Source: Convolutriloba macropyga (Eukaryota). From it: a DNA stretch of 64,000 nt. This document shows, in pieces, positions 11,001 through 23,869 of this stretch (position 1 is its first letter; the number at the start of each line of letters is the position of its first letter). The stretch is from the NCBI RefSeq assembly GCF_964194025.1, contig NC_134482.1, positions 8,742,001 to 8,806,000 of the forward strand, in the 5' to 3' direction. The position numbers and the translations under genes are program-made. Under the pieces are notes generated by a model. The model ran no database searches. It was not told the DNA's origin and worked only from the letters and a program-made list of their open reading frames with translations.

Positions 11001-14000
11001 ATTCCTCCATTTCTGATGCTGTTATGTTCTGACTCAATCAACCTACATATAAATGAAAACACGTTGTGGGTTTTTCGACACCCATGACTGCTGGATTGTT
11101 CAAGATTATCAGCTTTTCGCTCTTTGTTTTCTGTCGCACTGTGATAACTGTATGAACTATCGTTTTGATTACTGACGGGTCCACTTATTGCAGCTTTTAG
11201 AAAATGGAATCCCGGCTTCTTTATCAACGCTATCTCATTGCGTAGCATTGTCACCCTGTGAATCAGAAAATCAACACAATCGAGATTTTCCTGTTTGCTG
11301 TTGGTGAACCAGGTGACAGCCTAAAAATGAGACGACTTGCTGAGTTCATTATACGCTGTAATTTCTGCATACTATACACAGGTAGCCCACAGTACAGTGA
11401 GTTGCAGTAATCTAGTCGCGAGAGAATGATTATCCGAACTAACTCAATCAACGACTTTCTGTCGAATGTATCTCTGATGAAATAAATGTTTCGCAGGAAA
11501 TAATAACATCTACGACATACAGAACAAACTTGTTTCGTATATGAAAGTCTGGAATCTAGGTTGAAGCGCAACAAAGTAACATTGTTAGAAAAATTGGCGT
11601 CTGCTGGAAGTTAAATATCGCTATTTGAACTATTCTTTCTACAATTAAACATCTACTCAATTTTATTCGAGTTTAATCGGAGCTTAGCACCACTGAACCA
11701 CTTTTACAGAGTCGTAAGTATCAAATCAAAAGCCCCCTGATTTATCGAAGCAAAATATATAAGTGTTATCGGCATAAAAAAGATAACTGACATCATCAAG
11801 ACGTTTAAACAGAACTTCCAGCGAAACAAGATAACATGAAAAAAAGAACGGGACCTAGAAGAGGCTTGAGGCACACCCGTTTTTATAGTTCTTGGCATTA
11901 AATATTCATCAGCAATCAAAACTTTGAGATCTACTACTCAGATAACTAATCATATAGCTAATCACTATCTTTGATATCCAAACTTGTTTCAAGAATCGAA
12001 AGAAGTAATTCATGATCGGGAGTGTCAAAAGCAGCTGATATATCAAGTCCAAAATAAAAAGAGCTTTTTGTCCTCTCTAAATTGAGGCGCAAACAATTCG
12101 TCACCTTAACGAGGGCTGTTTCTGAAGAAAAAAAACTTCCTGCAGGCACTTTGGTATTTACTAAATAGACTTCTTTTCAAGGTGTTCAAGAATTTGCATA
12201 AAAGCGCACACATTCTAATAGGTTTAAAATATAACTTAGGTCTCAGATAGTTCGAAAACTTGAAAAATCTTCAAAATTTCCTTTCTTTAAGTGGAAAAAA
12301 CCCGCCTTCAGCGAAAAATTAAGAAGTTTCAGGAGTTTGAGAAAATAATAATCTAGAAATGACCAAACAATATGTGTCGGAATGATGTCAAGTAGAGATG
12401 TACTGTTTGAAGACGCCGAAACAAAAATTCTAAACTAACTTATCGGCAACTCTGTGAACGAATTCATTGAGTTAACTTCAGATTTTAGGACCTACTGCAG
12501 TGGGAATCGATGCAATAATAGATTCCACATTCGATATAAAGAACCCGTTGATTTTGTTTGCAGGCCGTTTTTTGTTTCATATTTCGGGAGCTGTTCCACA
12601 TTTTGACCAAGAAGCGAATTTAAGATGGCAAACTTTTTACGGCTAAAATTTTCCATCTACGCATGCATTCTCAATGGCTTCATTAAAAAATTTTCAAAAT
12701 ACATACCGGTAACATTTTCATATTCAGCTTTTAGTACAGATGTTTTCGACTTGCTATAATTTCGCTCTACTTTTCTCTTCTTTCAAACTCAAAAGCTCGT
12801 CGTCAAAAAATGGGCACTGATGATCAGTAAATGTTGTTTATTTTGAGTGGTAGAACGGAATCTAAAATCTCATCACACCTTAGTTTCATATCCCTTGCTT
12901 CATCAATACTTGATGCGAAATCAAACTTTAAGCACGACTTCAGTAACTTCATAAAACCTTCACAGTCAAACTGCATCCAATTTCTATGAATCAACTGTCG
13001 TTGAGATTTGCGTTGTTTCACATTATTGGGCGAGGAGCAAATAACGAACAGTCCGAAGAAGTAATGAAGCTACTCAATTTAACATTAATGAAAATATTGT
13101 TTGACGCTATAACATGCTCAACAATCCCACCACTTCTATGCGTTTTCTCGCAGACGTACTGAGTTAATCCGAAAACTTCAAAAATGAGATTCACATTTTC
13201 GATGCATCGTTATTTACAGTCAGTGGAATGTTAAAAATCAGCCAGAACAATCTTGTCGAATTGTAGCTTTTTTTCTTCAAGAAGAGAATAGTAAAGTGAT
13301 CAATGAAAGATTTACCTTTAATCCAGGTGGTCGATAAACAGCGATTAATAAATAGGTGGTAGCCCCATCAGTTAAAGAGGCATAACAGCATTCATGAAGC
13401 AAATTCTTCAAAATTTTCCAAAGGAGATCACATCCGTAAAAGAGGCAAATTCGACCTCCTCTTTTATTAACCCTTGGTGCGCAAAAGAAAAAAAATCTTT
13501 GGTGACAACAATGCTGGAGAATAAAATCGTCATCTGAGTTATTCGTAATCCACGATTCTATAAACACTCCAAACTAATTTCATTTACTTCCGAGAGGGCA
13601 TTTACATATTTTGTTTTGTTCCTGACAGAGCGTACATTATGTAGACGAAATTTTAGTTCTGTAGATGTTTGTTTCGTCCGTTGTTTTAATTGAGGACTGG
13701 CTATTAGTCAATTTTGATCCACTTTTTTAGTCAATCACGGGCGGCTTCATTCAGGTATCTTGACACCATAAGGCTTTCCGACAAGAGAACAGTTAACACA
13801 ACTTTCTAATCATCAAATTTAAATACGCAATGGAAAGCTTTCAGAAGAGCTTCTGACTTCAAAATTTGCCGAATATGAAGTAGTTCAACATTATTTTCTA
13901 CACAGTATTCCTCCATTTCTGATGCTGTTATGTTCTGACTCAATCAACCTACATATAAATGAAAACACGTTGTGGGTTTTTCGACACCCATGACTGCTGG

Positions 14001-16330
14001 ATTGTTCAAGATTATCAGCTTTTCGCTCTTTGTTTTCTGTCGCACTGTGATAACTGTATGAACTATCGTTTTGATTACTGACGGGTCCACTTATTGCAGC
14101 TTTTAGAAAATGGAATCCCGGCTTCTTTATCAACGCTATCTCATTGCGTAGCATTGTCACCCTGTGAATCAGAAAATCAACACAATCGAGATTTTCCTGT
14201 TTGCTGTTGGTGAACCAGGTGACAGCCTAAAAATGAGACGACTTGCTGAGTTCATTATACGCTGTAATTTCTGCATACTATACACAGGTAGCCCACAGTA
14301 CAGTGAGTTGCAGTAATCTAGTCGCGAGAGAATGATTATCCGAACTAACTCAATCAACGACTTTCTGTCGAATGTATCTCTGATGAAATAAATGTTTCGC
14401 AGGAAATAATAACATCTACGACATACAGAACAAACTTGTTTCGTATATGAAAGTCTGGAATCTAGGTTGAAGCGCAACAAAGTAACATTGTTAGAAAAAT
14501 TGGCGTCTGCTGGAAGTTAAATATCGCTATTTGAACTATTCTTTCTACAATTAAACATCTACTCAATTTTATTCGAGTTTAATCGGAGCTTAGCACCACT
14601 GAACCACTTTTACAGAGTCGTAAGTATCAAATCAAAAGCCCCCTGATTTATCGAAGCAAAATATATAAGTGTTATCGGCATAAAAAAGATAACTGACATC
14701 ATCAAGACGTTTAAACAGAACTTCCAGCGAAACAAGATAACATGAAAAAAAGAACGGGACCTAGAAGAGGCTTGAGGCACACCCGTTTTTATAGTTCTTG
14801 GCATTAAATATTCATCAGCAATCAAAACTTTGAGATCTACTACTCAGATAACTAATCATATAGCTAATCACTATCTTTGATATCCAAACTTGTTTCAAGA
14901 ATCGAAAGAAGTAATTCATGATCGGGAGTGTCAAAAGCAGCTGATATATCAAGTCCAAAATAAAAAGAGCTTTTTGTCCTCTCTAAATTGAGGCGCAAAC
15001 AATTCGTCACCTTAACGAGGGCTGTTTCTGAAGAAAAAAAACTTCCTGCAGGCACTTTGGTATTTACTAAATAGACTTCTTTTCAAGGTGTTCAAGAATT
15101 TGCATAAAAGCGCACACATTCTAATAGGTTTAAAATATAACTTAGGTCTCAGATAGTTCGAAAACTTGAAAAATCTTCAAAATTTCCTTTCTTTAAGTGG
15201 AAAAAACCCGCCTTCAGCGAAAAATTAAGAAGTTTCAGGAGTTTGAGAAAATAATAATCTAGAAATGACCAAACAATATGTGTCGGAATGATGTCAAGTA
15301 GAGATGTACTGTTTGAAGACGCCGAAACAAAAATTCTAAACTAACTTATCGGCAACTCTGTGAACGAATTCATTGAGTTAACTTCAGCTTTTAACTTCAA
15401 TAGAAAACATATCCTTGGTGACAACACTGCTTGAGAATAAAATCGTCATCTGAGTTATTCGTAATCAACGATTCTATAAATACTCCAAACTAATTTCATT
15501 TACTTCCGAGAGGGCATTTACATATTTTGTTTTGTTCCTGACAGAGCGTACATTATGTAGACGAAATTTTAGTTCTGTAGATGTTTGTTTCGTCCGTTGT
15601 TTTAATTGAGGACTGGCTAGTAGTTAATTTTGATCCACTTTTTTAGTCAATCACGGGCGGCTTCATTCAGGTATCTTGACACCATAAGGCTTTCCGACAA
15701 GAGAACAATTAACACAACTTTCTAATCATCAAACTTAAATACGCAATGGAAAGCTTTCAGGAGACCTTCTGACTTCAAAATTTGCCGAATATGAAGTAGT
15801 TCAACATTATCTTCTACACAGTATTCCTCCACTTCTGATGCTGTTATGTTCTGACTCAATCAACCTACATATAAATGACAACACGTTGTAGATTTTTCGA
15901 GACCCATGACTGCTGGATTGGTGTTCAAAATTATCCGCTTTTCGCTCTCTGTTTACTGTCGCACTGTGATAACTGTATGAACTATCGTTTTGATTACTGA
16001 CGGGTCCACTTTTTGCAGCTTTTAGAAAAGGGAATCCCGGCTTCTTTATCAACGCTATCTCATTGCGTAGCATTGTCACCCTGTGAATCAGAAAATCAAC
16101 ATAATCGAGCTTTTTCTTAACGGCTGTAATTCTGTCCAGCGCAGATAGTTCTTCAGTAAAGATAGGAGTACAACCAACACATGGCCAGTAGATCATTCCT
16201 TTGATATTTGCGGTACTTGAAATTCCCAAACAACCAAAGTGAACATATATTTTCCTTCATTTGACACAATGATTTCAATGTACCTTGCAAGGCTCGTTAC
16301 AAATATTGCAGAGGTTCGAGCGGTGGCGGA
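8033..16330 (-). mobile_element. L2/Crack-type (CR1 group) LINE, three tandem partial copies, decayed
   Basis: RT motifs GVPQGS, DISAAFDT, SRLDYCNSL and LQKLQRIMN; APE endonuclease motifs ESW, RxxKRGG and VYRPP; degenerate PHD finger in ORF1 (~16165-16315); (TAA)n-like 3' tail at ~8033-8050. Many stops and frameshifts. Confidence 0.9.
9305..15386. repeat. Near-perfect 2,906-bp tandem duplication
   Basis: Six ORF-track pairs are identical at offset 2906 (e.g. 9918/12824, 11958/14864). I noticed one substitution (9671 a vs 12577 t). Confidence 0.95.
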
Positions 16331-16439
16331 GGCACCAATTTAACTTGGGATAAAAGGGGGACTAAGGAAACTGGCTGCTAGGGGCTTAAACTAATGAATC
16401 GAACAAATGTGGAGAACACTCACACCAAATGTTTGATGG

Positions 16440-16696
16440 GGTTTTCCAGCTGCAGGAGGAGTGCTGGGGGAATGGGGTTAGCTGGTGGGTGGGGCGGGGG
16501 GGGGGGGGGGTCAAACTAAATTAAGACCCGTCCTTGAAACCATGAAACTGTCTTTCGGTCAATCGCATACTTAGATACTAATAAGGCGTAAGGCTCTAAG
16601 AGAGCTGCTCAGCCAATTAATGCCTTCGGGCGCTACATGTTTATCCCGTTTGTGAGGACGAAAAGTTAAAATTCAGACGAAAAATCGGTGAAGCTT
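16440..16696 (-). mobile_element. Truncated HINE-like fragment (G-tract plus conserved core)
   Basis: aaggctctaagag...ttaatgcc...gggcgctac.tgtttatcccgttt.tgaggacgaaaagt matches 4223-4320 and 22678-22770. Confidence 0.7.
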
Positions 16697-16843
16697 AATA
16701 ACTTAATGAGCTAATTCTTTGCACATTTAATAGTTTTCAACACGAAAATTTGCAAAATCTATGTTTTGCATTTTTTTCCTAATGAAAAGGAAATTTTCAC
16801 GATACGATCAAGTATTTTGAGCTATATTTACACATTCTATTTA

Positions 16844-16984
<141 letters not shown>

Positions 16985-17177
16985 TCAGCTTAAACGAATT
17001 CCCCATATGAACTTCCAGGTACGGCAGCAAATAATTTTCACTGTGAACACGTTGACCAGGCCATGATAGCAAATGCCTCAAATTATTTTCAAACAGAACA
17101 CGTATTCTAAAGCCATTTTTCATAAAAGAATTTAAATCCAGCGTTGAAAGATTCCAGTTTTCAAAAACTTTCACTCA

Positions 17178-17606
<429 letters not shown>

Positions 17607-18364
17607 CTACACAAAACTGCGAAGGAAACGTTATGATGCACGTATCACATCAGAAAATGAACCGCTTATTCTCTGATTCTTACTGCCGACCTATGGACGG
17701 CTTTTGATGCAAATGGAACAGCTCCTGTAGTGCGAAAGAACGCAAGAGGACAGAACGTAACCTTTTCAGCCTCAATAATTCGGTTCAAATTTCAACTTTA
17801 TGCCGGTCTGTTGATTTATATAAATCAGGTATTCTTTTACAGCTGCCCCTAGCCAGTGGATTAACGTCATCATTTCAGCTCAAAAAAGTCTTTGTGGAGC
17901 GCAAATCAAGAACTATAATTGCCTGCATATCAAATCAAATCAGGCATAATCAGGGGTTTTGTTTGCAAATGGTGATGAAAGATCTCCACTTCAACATGAT
18001 TCCAAACTTCATTGAGCACGCTATTTTGTCAGGAAACTCATTGGACAGGAGGTGGGCGTGTCCCACTTTCGGAAAACTCACAGCACGAGCTGAATGAATG
18101 CTTTCGCTTAAGCACAGGATGCGGCATTTTGAGAGGACCTGGTCCATATCTGAAGGCATGTCCATCTCTGAACTTTCCCTTTGTTAGGTAGATATTGTAT
18201 TACTTCAATGGAAGCATCTAGTCCGAACAATGCTCGTAACTCTTTTTCAAGACAGAGAATATGCAATCTCCGCTGATACGATCTCTGAATTTTTTCTGGC
18301 AAATTTTTCTCAAACAAATAGGCGCTTTTCAATTCCAAACTGTTCTGATCATTGGCATCGTAGT

Positions 18365-21300
18365 TCTTTTTCTTTTCTTTTCTCTACTTCTTTTCTCTTT
18401 ATTAACCATTGAAGAATAATTAGGACCGTGTACACCATCCGGCAACGATGGATGTAGGTCGGAACATAAGGGATGATGAGTAGCACTTAGCCGGATGCTG
18501 CACTCCAAGCTGTTCCCCTCCAGACAGTGTAAAGACGGCCCAGTCACAAAAATAACTAACAAGTGGAAAGGAAAGCACCAATATATATAAATAGCACACA
18601 TAAGGAACTGGTAAGGAAGAAGTAAAATAAAAATAGGATATCAAGGAAGGAGCAAAAGAATAAAGTTAAGCAGTCATACACTCAGTGCAGCCTTCCCTCC
18701 TCCACGACGGCGCTAATCGAAGTCCCACTGAGAACACGAGGCTTGAGGGCGCGACATCCCCTCAAGCAGAGAACACAGCTCCTCAGAAGTGCAAAGCTGA
18801 TTTTCGTTCGGATGTAGCTTATAGTGTCGGCGTACGGCTCTCCGCGTTTTTCGCTTATTTTAGTTGCTTGCTAGTTGTTTCATAACGCGCGATGCTGATG
18901 GCCCAGCACCGCCCGAGCAAGCAAAAACATGTGCGTTGAAACTGCTGTGTTCGGTTTCGCGGATTCGCTCTTCGTACTTATTTCGCTTGATGCTCTCGTG
19001 ATATTTGTATGCATCTTTTATGGTCTTAGGGCAGCTCTTCGCGTGAGGGTTGAAAATCTTCATATCGAAAAAAGTGCGATTAAAGCGGGAGCCCCACAGT
19101 CCGTTTGCCTTGATGTCCAGTCGAGCGTCATCATTAGTGGTGGAATTACTCGAGAAAATTTCTCCATCGAGCGACTGAAGTTTTGGCTCTATCTGGACAT
19201 CGTGGCAGACGTCATCCATCAGGTTTGCAAACACGTCCCTGATTTCGTTGTGACGTAGCTGCGTATACCCGCCTTTGGCGCAATGTTGGGCATGGGTGAG
19301 GCTAAAATCTTTCCCGCATTGGCGTATAGCTGGCGTGTTCTTCGCTTCCCAGGTGTAGCGAAGTGCTATTCCATCACGGAACTCAGTCTTCGTGAGGTCG
19401 AAACCATGTTTTGATAAGGGAAGCGCGTTATGCCAGCTAGATGCTCCTTTCTCCGAGGCCAGCTGGATGGTATACTTCATTTCTGGTAGATTGTTTTCGA
19501 TTCCGGATTTTTTCGAGATGAGTTCACGTTGCATGTCTGCTTTCTGTCTGAGACTGATCTTGGTTTGTTCTAATTCACATTGTTGAATATCGAATGAATT
19601 ATTATTAAATGACGCCAACGGAGTTGAGAGTTCAATTGATTTCTCAAGATTTTTATGAAGATCTTGTGGGAGGGCGATGTTGAGCCCACCCATTTTGAGA
19701 GGGAGAGAAAAAAGTTCTTTCCTCTTGGATTATTTCTTTGCCGACGATGTTCGGTATGACTCGGCCCAGCCGCTCCTCTACCTTGTCCAGAACCCCGTCC
19801 ATGGAGGGTGTAGTACGCAAGAGGAAGCTCAACTTCTGTTGAACCCCCTCGTCCAACATGCATAGGCATTCTGGGGAGAGGTGAGAGCAAATTGACCAAG
19901 TCTGTCCAAACTTTTTGTGTATTTAATTTCTGCATCTTTCAGGAAATTTTTACTGGCCTGAGCTACCGATTACTGATCCCAAGACTCGAGCGCCCTGCGT
20001 GATTTCCACATTTGTGCCTGCAAACTCAGTTGACGCTTGGCGCTCGCCTCCTGGCTTAATTATCAACTGACACTTCGGAGGATTGACAAGATATCCGTAC
20101 TTGGGACCAAGCTGATTGAGCTTGTCGAAGAGTGCCCTGATATCTTTCAACTTACCGACGACGCTACCATCATCAGCATACCATTTTTGTGTCAAGGAGT
20201 CATTGTGAAGTCTTGATATAAGGGGTAGGATTGCGATTCCATACATTGCCATCGCAAAGGGATCACCTTGTGTCGTACCTTCCTGAGACAGAATGGTCAA
20301 CTTACCGATGTAGAGATGAGACGGATGGCTATAGGAATTCTGCAGGGCAACAAGCATTGATGGGCATAAGGCTTTCACGTTCTCTAATGCTGTTCGTCTA
20401 TTGAGCACACTAAATGCGTTTTTGGCATCAATTAGTAGAATTACTTCGTTTTCGGGATCATAACTCTGGCGAAGCGAATGTATGGCATGTTCTATGCAGC
20501 ATTTCTGGCCCAAGCACAGCTGCATGTTTCCACCGAGGGATGTTAGATCTTGCCTGATGCAGTCGACGATTATGCGTCCGGTGATGCGACGCATTACTTC
20601 ACCAATACCAATAGGTCTCACACCTGGACATTTATCCAGAGCCACTAGTCGACAACGATTGTATGCAATCAAATCATCTGGTGGTATTATGGACGTGGCC
20701 AGCCTCTTAGCAAGATTGGCAACAAGCTTGCACAGGTTCGTGGATGTCTGCCCGAAAGCAGAAAGTAGTCTACGCCAGTCATCGGCATCGAGACCTGAAG
20801 GCCCGGCACTGCCATGAGTCTTCATTGCATGCTTTCGGACAAGCCTAGCACTGATTTTGTCGAAAACATCGGGGAGGTAGAGAAGCGTGCGTAGATGTTG
20901 GCTCTGAATGCAGTTGGGCTCCAAGGGTTGCCCTTCAGGATGTTTGTCGCATAAAATCTCGAGGACCGGTCTACCGTCTATGAGATCGGTAGGTGCGAGC
21001 ACGCCGCTTTTATGCTCATCTGAAAGAACGCGAAGAGCATTACTGATCTTACCACGAGACATGAAATCGTTGAACATCTTGAGGTCAGAGTGTTGCTTTT
21101 AGTTCCTTGAATTCATTCTTATTTGGATTGCCTTCGCTTCACAGAACAGTTCTGAGAAGTTACAGCTGTGCCATGCACGCAGTCTACGCTTGATGGTCTT
21201 ATTGTTAGATCCATCGTCCGTGTTCTTTGTTCGACTGAGAGTTAAGTGCGGAAGTATCATACAGAGGGTCAGAGATATATCGGATCTTTCCGTGTCTACG

Positions 21301-21858
21301 GCAATCGGGGAGAGGACACTGTGAAGGGCTTCGGCGAACTGTTCCCCTGTCTTGTTCTTACTGAGCGTGAAGAACGATGGCTTCCATGTGACGACCTGGC
21401 GGTATATTTCGCGCACTGTTACCGCGTGATGAGGCTGGAAGTTATCCCAAAAATTATCCGATGGCGCGGCGACGGAACGTTCGGGGGCGTGCGATGTTGC
21501 AGGATCTATGAGTGCAGTGTTGGGTACGGTCAAATCATTGTGTGGTGCCGGCGTTGCGATTGCTGTTTCGGTGGCTGCAGTGACCTCAGAGCAGCTTTTG
21601 CAGCTGAAATTTTTGGTCCACTCTTTCGCTGCGGCTAGGCCACTGCATTTCACGTGAAAATATTTATAACACGTACGACACCAGACGCCTCCCCTACGTA
21701 GGGGACCCTTGCAGAGTGGACAATGGGTTTGATTCCTTTGCACATCAAGTGCTGCTCAGTGACGTAATGCCATTCGAGCTTTACTCGCTTATCCCATTTT
21801 TGAGAAAACGCCTGGATGGGGTTCCAAACAGCCAAAAAACTTCCTTTGCACATCAATT
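18365..21858 (-). mobile_element. CRE-clade non-LTR retrotransposon (PHD finger, RT, Zn knuckle, restriction-like endonuclease), frameshifted, with 13-bp TSD
   Basis: RT motifs GVRPIGIGE, LLIDAKNAF, GTTQGDP and WYADD (19950..21077); RLE motifs RHNEIRD, RLDIKANG, FFDMKIFNP and KRNKY (18860..19693). ORF ends ISFALLRSCVLCLRG...TGA at 18682. AATAAA plus A/G-rich tail at 18365-18403. TTGGCATCGTAGT is duplicated at 18352-18364 and 21859-21871. Confidence 0.92.
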
Positions 21859-22279
21859 TTGGCATCGTAGTGGTTCACATTAATGAAGGTTCACATAAAT
21901 GAATAGCCATCTTTCTGCGACTTTTTTTCAGAATATCGTGGTTCTCAAATGAAAGAAGTTATATTAATAGATTACTAGCCAAATTGTCTGTTTCTCGATC
22001 TTATAGAATGAAATGGCCAATGGCAATTTAAACTTCGTAGTTAACAATTTCATAGAAATCGAGAAACGGAGTTCGTAACTACTTCGAATGGGAGAAGCGG
22101 CAATTGACCACATCTAAAACTCCAAAATGTACGAAAGGCTGCATGATTAAGTTTTTTTTTGTAGTGGGGGGAGGGGTAGTACGGGGTCTGGATGGGGTTC
22201 CAAACAGCTAAAAAAACTTCCTTTGCACATCAATTTTATGTCTTCTTAGCGGCTTTGTTGAATTGTACACTTAGACACT

Positions 22280-22446
22280 AGAGCTCTAAAAGCGCTGCTG
22301 TGACATAATGCCATTCGAGCTTTACTCGCTTATCCAATTTTTGAGAAAACGTGAAAAGGGTCAGACTAAAAATAAGTCGAGCAAAAAAATTGCATAAAAG
22401 ACCGCAGGACTAATATAATTGCTAAACCTCGAATGAAAGCAATTAA
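22280..22446 (-). mobile_element. 5'-terminal core of a diverged HINE-like subfamily
   Basis: gctctaaaagc...taatgcc...gcataaaagaccgcaggactaatataattgctaaacctcgaatgaaagcaattaa has the same layout and terminal imperfect palindrome as the other copies. Confidence 0.65.
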
Positions 22447-22447
22447 C

Positions 22448-23080
22448 AAACATAACCGACTGGCGAGCGGTTGGCTTGGTCAGTAGCTAGCCACGGGGGG
22501 GGGGGGGGTGCACCGGGGGCAGCACTGGGTGGGGGGCAAAAGCGCGGTGGGGGGGGGGGGTGGAGCCAATAGTGGGGGTGGGGGGTCAACAAAGGGGGGG
22601 GGGTGTCAACCTCTAAGAACCACTCCTCACACCATAGGTATAAGTCTCCAAGACAGTTTGAGCTGAAACAGACCTGAAAGGCTCTAAGAGCACATAATGC
22701 CCGCTGGGCGCTACCTGTTTATCCCGTTTTTGAGGACGAAAAGTCAAAAGCGTCAGACGAAAAATTGGTCAAGCGAAAAATCGCATTAAAAAAAAAGACC
22801 GACAGGACTAATATAATTGCTACAAACTTCGTTTGAGAGCAATTAACAAACTTCGTTTGAGAGCAATTAATAAGTATAAGTCTCCAAGACAGTTTGAGCT
22901 GAAACAGACCTGAAAGGCTCTAAGAGCACATAATGCCCGCTGGGCGCTACCTGTTTATCCCGTTTTTGAGGACGAAAAGTCAAAAGCGTCAGACGAAAAA
23001 TTGGTCAAGCGAAAAATCGCATAAAAAAAAGACCGACAGGACTAATATAATTGCTACAAACTTCGTTTGAGAGCAATTAA
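22448..23080 (-). mobile_element. Short HINE-like element with tandemly duplicated 5' end
   Basis: Left end aaacataaccgact...cggttggctt.gtcagtagctag.cacgg matches 2670-2740. G-tracts follow. Terminus gtttgagagcaattaa occurs at 22846, 22870 and 23080; 22873-23080 duplicates 22637-22846. Confidence 0.8.
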
Positions 23081-23273
23081 AAATGAAGGTATTTAGGTTA
23101 TCCAGCAGTCACATGACCTTATGTTAGAACTACTTCGTACAGCTGTAGTTTGTCTCCGTTTTTCTCTCCTTGGCAGTTTGAGCATGCACACAATAATTTC
23201 CAGGCGCATGGGTTGTTCTCGATGTACTTTTAAAAGGAAAAAGTAAAGCTCTGACAGTTTTCTGAAACACTTA

Positions 23274-23417
<144 letters not shown>

Positions 23418-23444
23418 CTAAAACATTGATAAATTGATACTAGC

Positions 23445-23489
23445 CTCTGTGTTTCGCCATACTCCTCCTTTTATGGTTATACGCGTCAT
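23445..23489 (-). CDS. CDC5L: CDC5L coding exon 1 (MTRITIKGGVWRNTE)
   Basis: ATG at 23489 in acaaaATG context; 15 codons matching the CDC5L N-terminus (IKGGVWRNTE). Donor is GC (GAG|GCTAGT). Confidence 0.95.
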
Positions 23490-23869
23490 TTTGTCTGAAA
23501 TGTAGAATTCAATCAAATATTAAGGGATACAACTTTGGCTCTCTTTACGCTTTCCTGCCAAAAGCACTAATTTTAAAAACATGACAAAAACAAACTAATT
23601 TTGGTAAACCTTTCCAACCAATAGAGCATCTATTGCATTTTTTTCCAGTTCATTGACATTGCAACTCCAATATTTTTGTTTTCAACCAAGTGTTGAACAT
23701 CAGCTTTAACAATTTTCACAAATGAAATGTATTCTTTTCATTATTCAACTACCGCAAAACATCTAATTCTAAAAAGTTGCCGTCGAGTGCGGAAAATGTG
23801 AGAACTGGTATGACATAAAATGCCAAAAAAAAGTAAGGAGAAATAAAAAATGGGGGATGTTGTTTGGAC

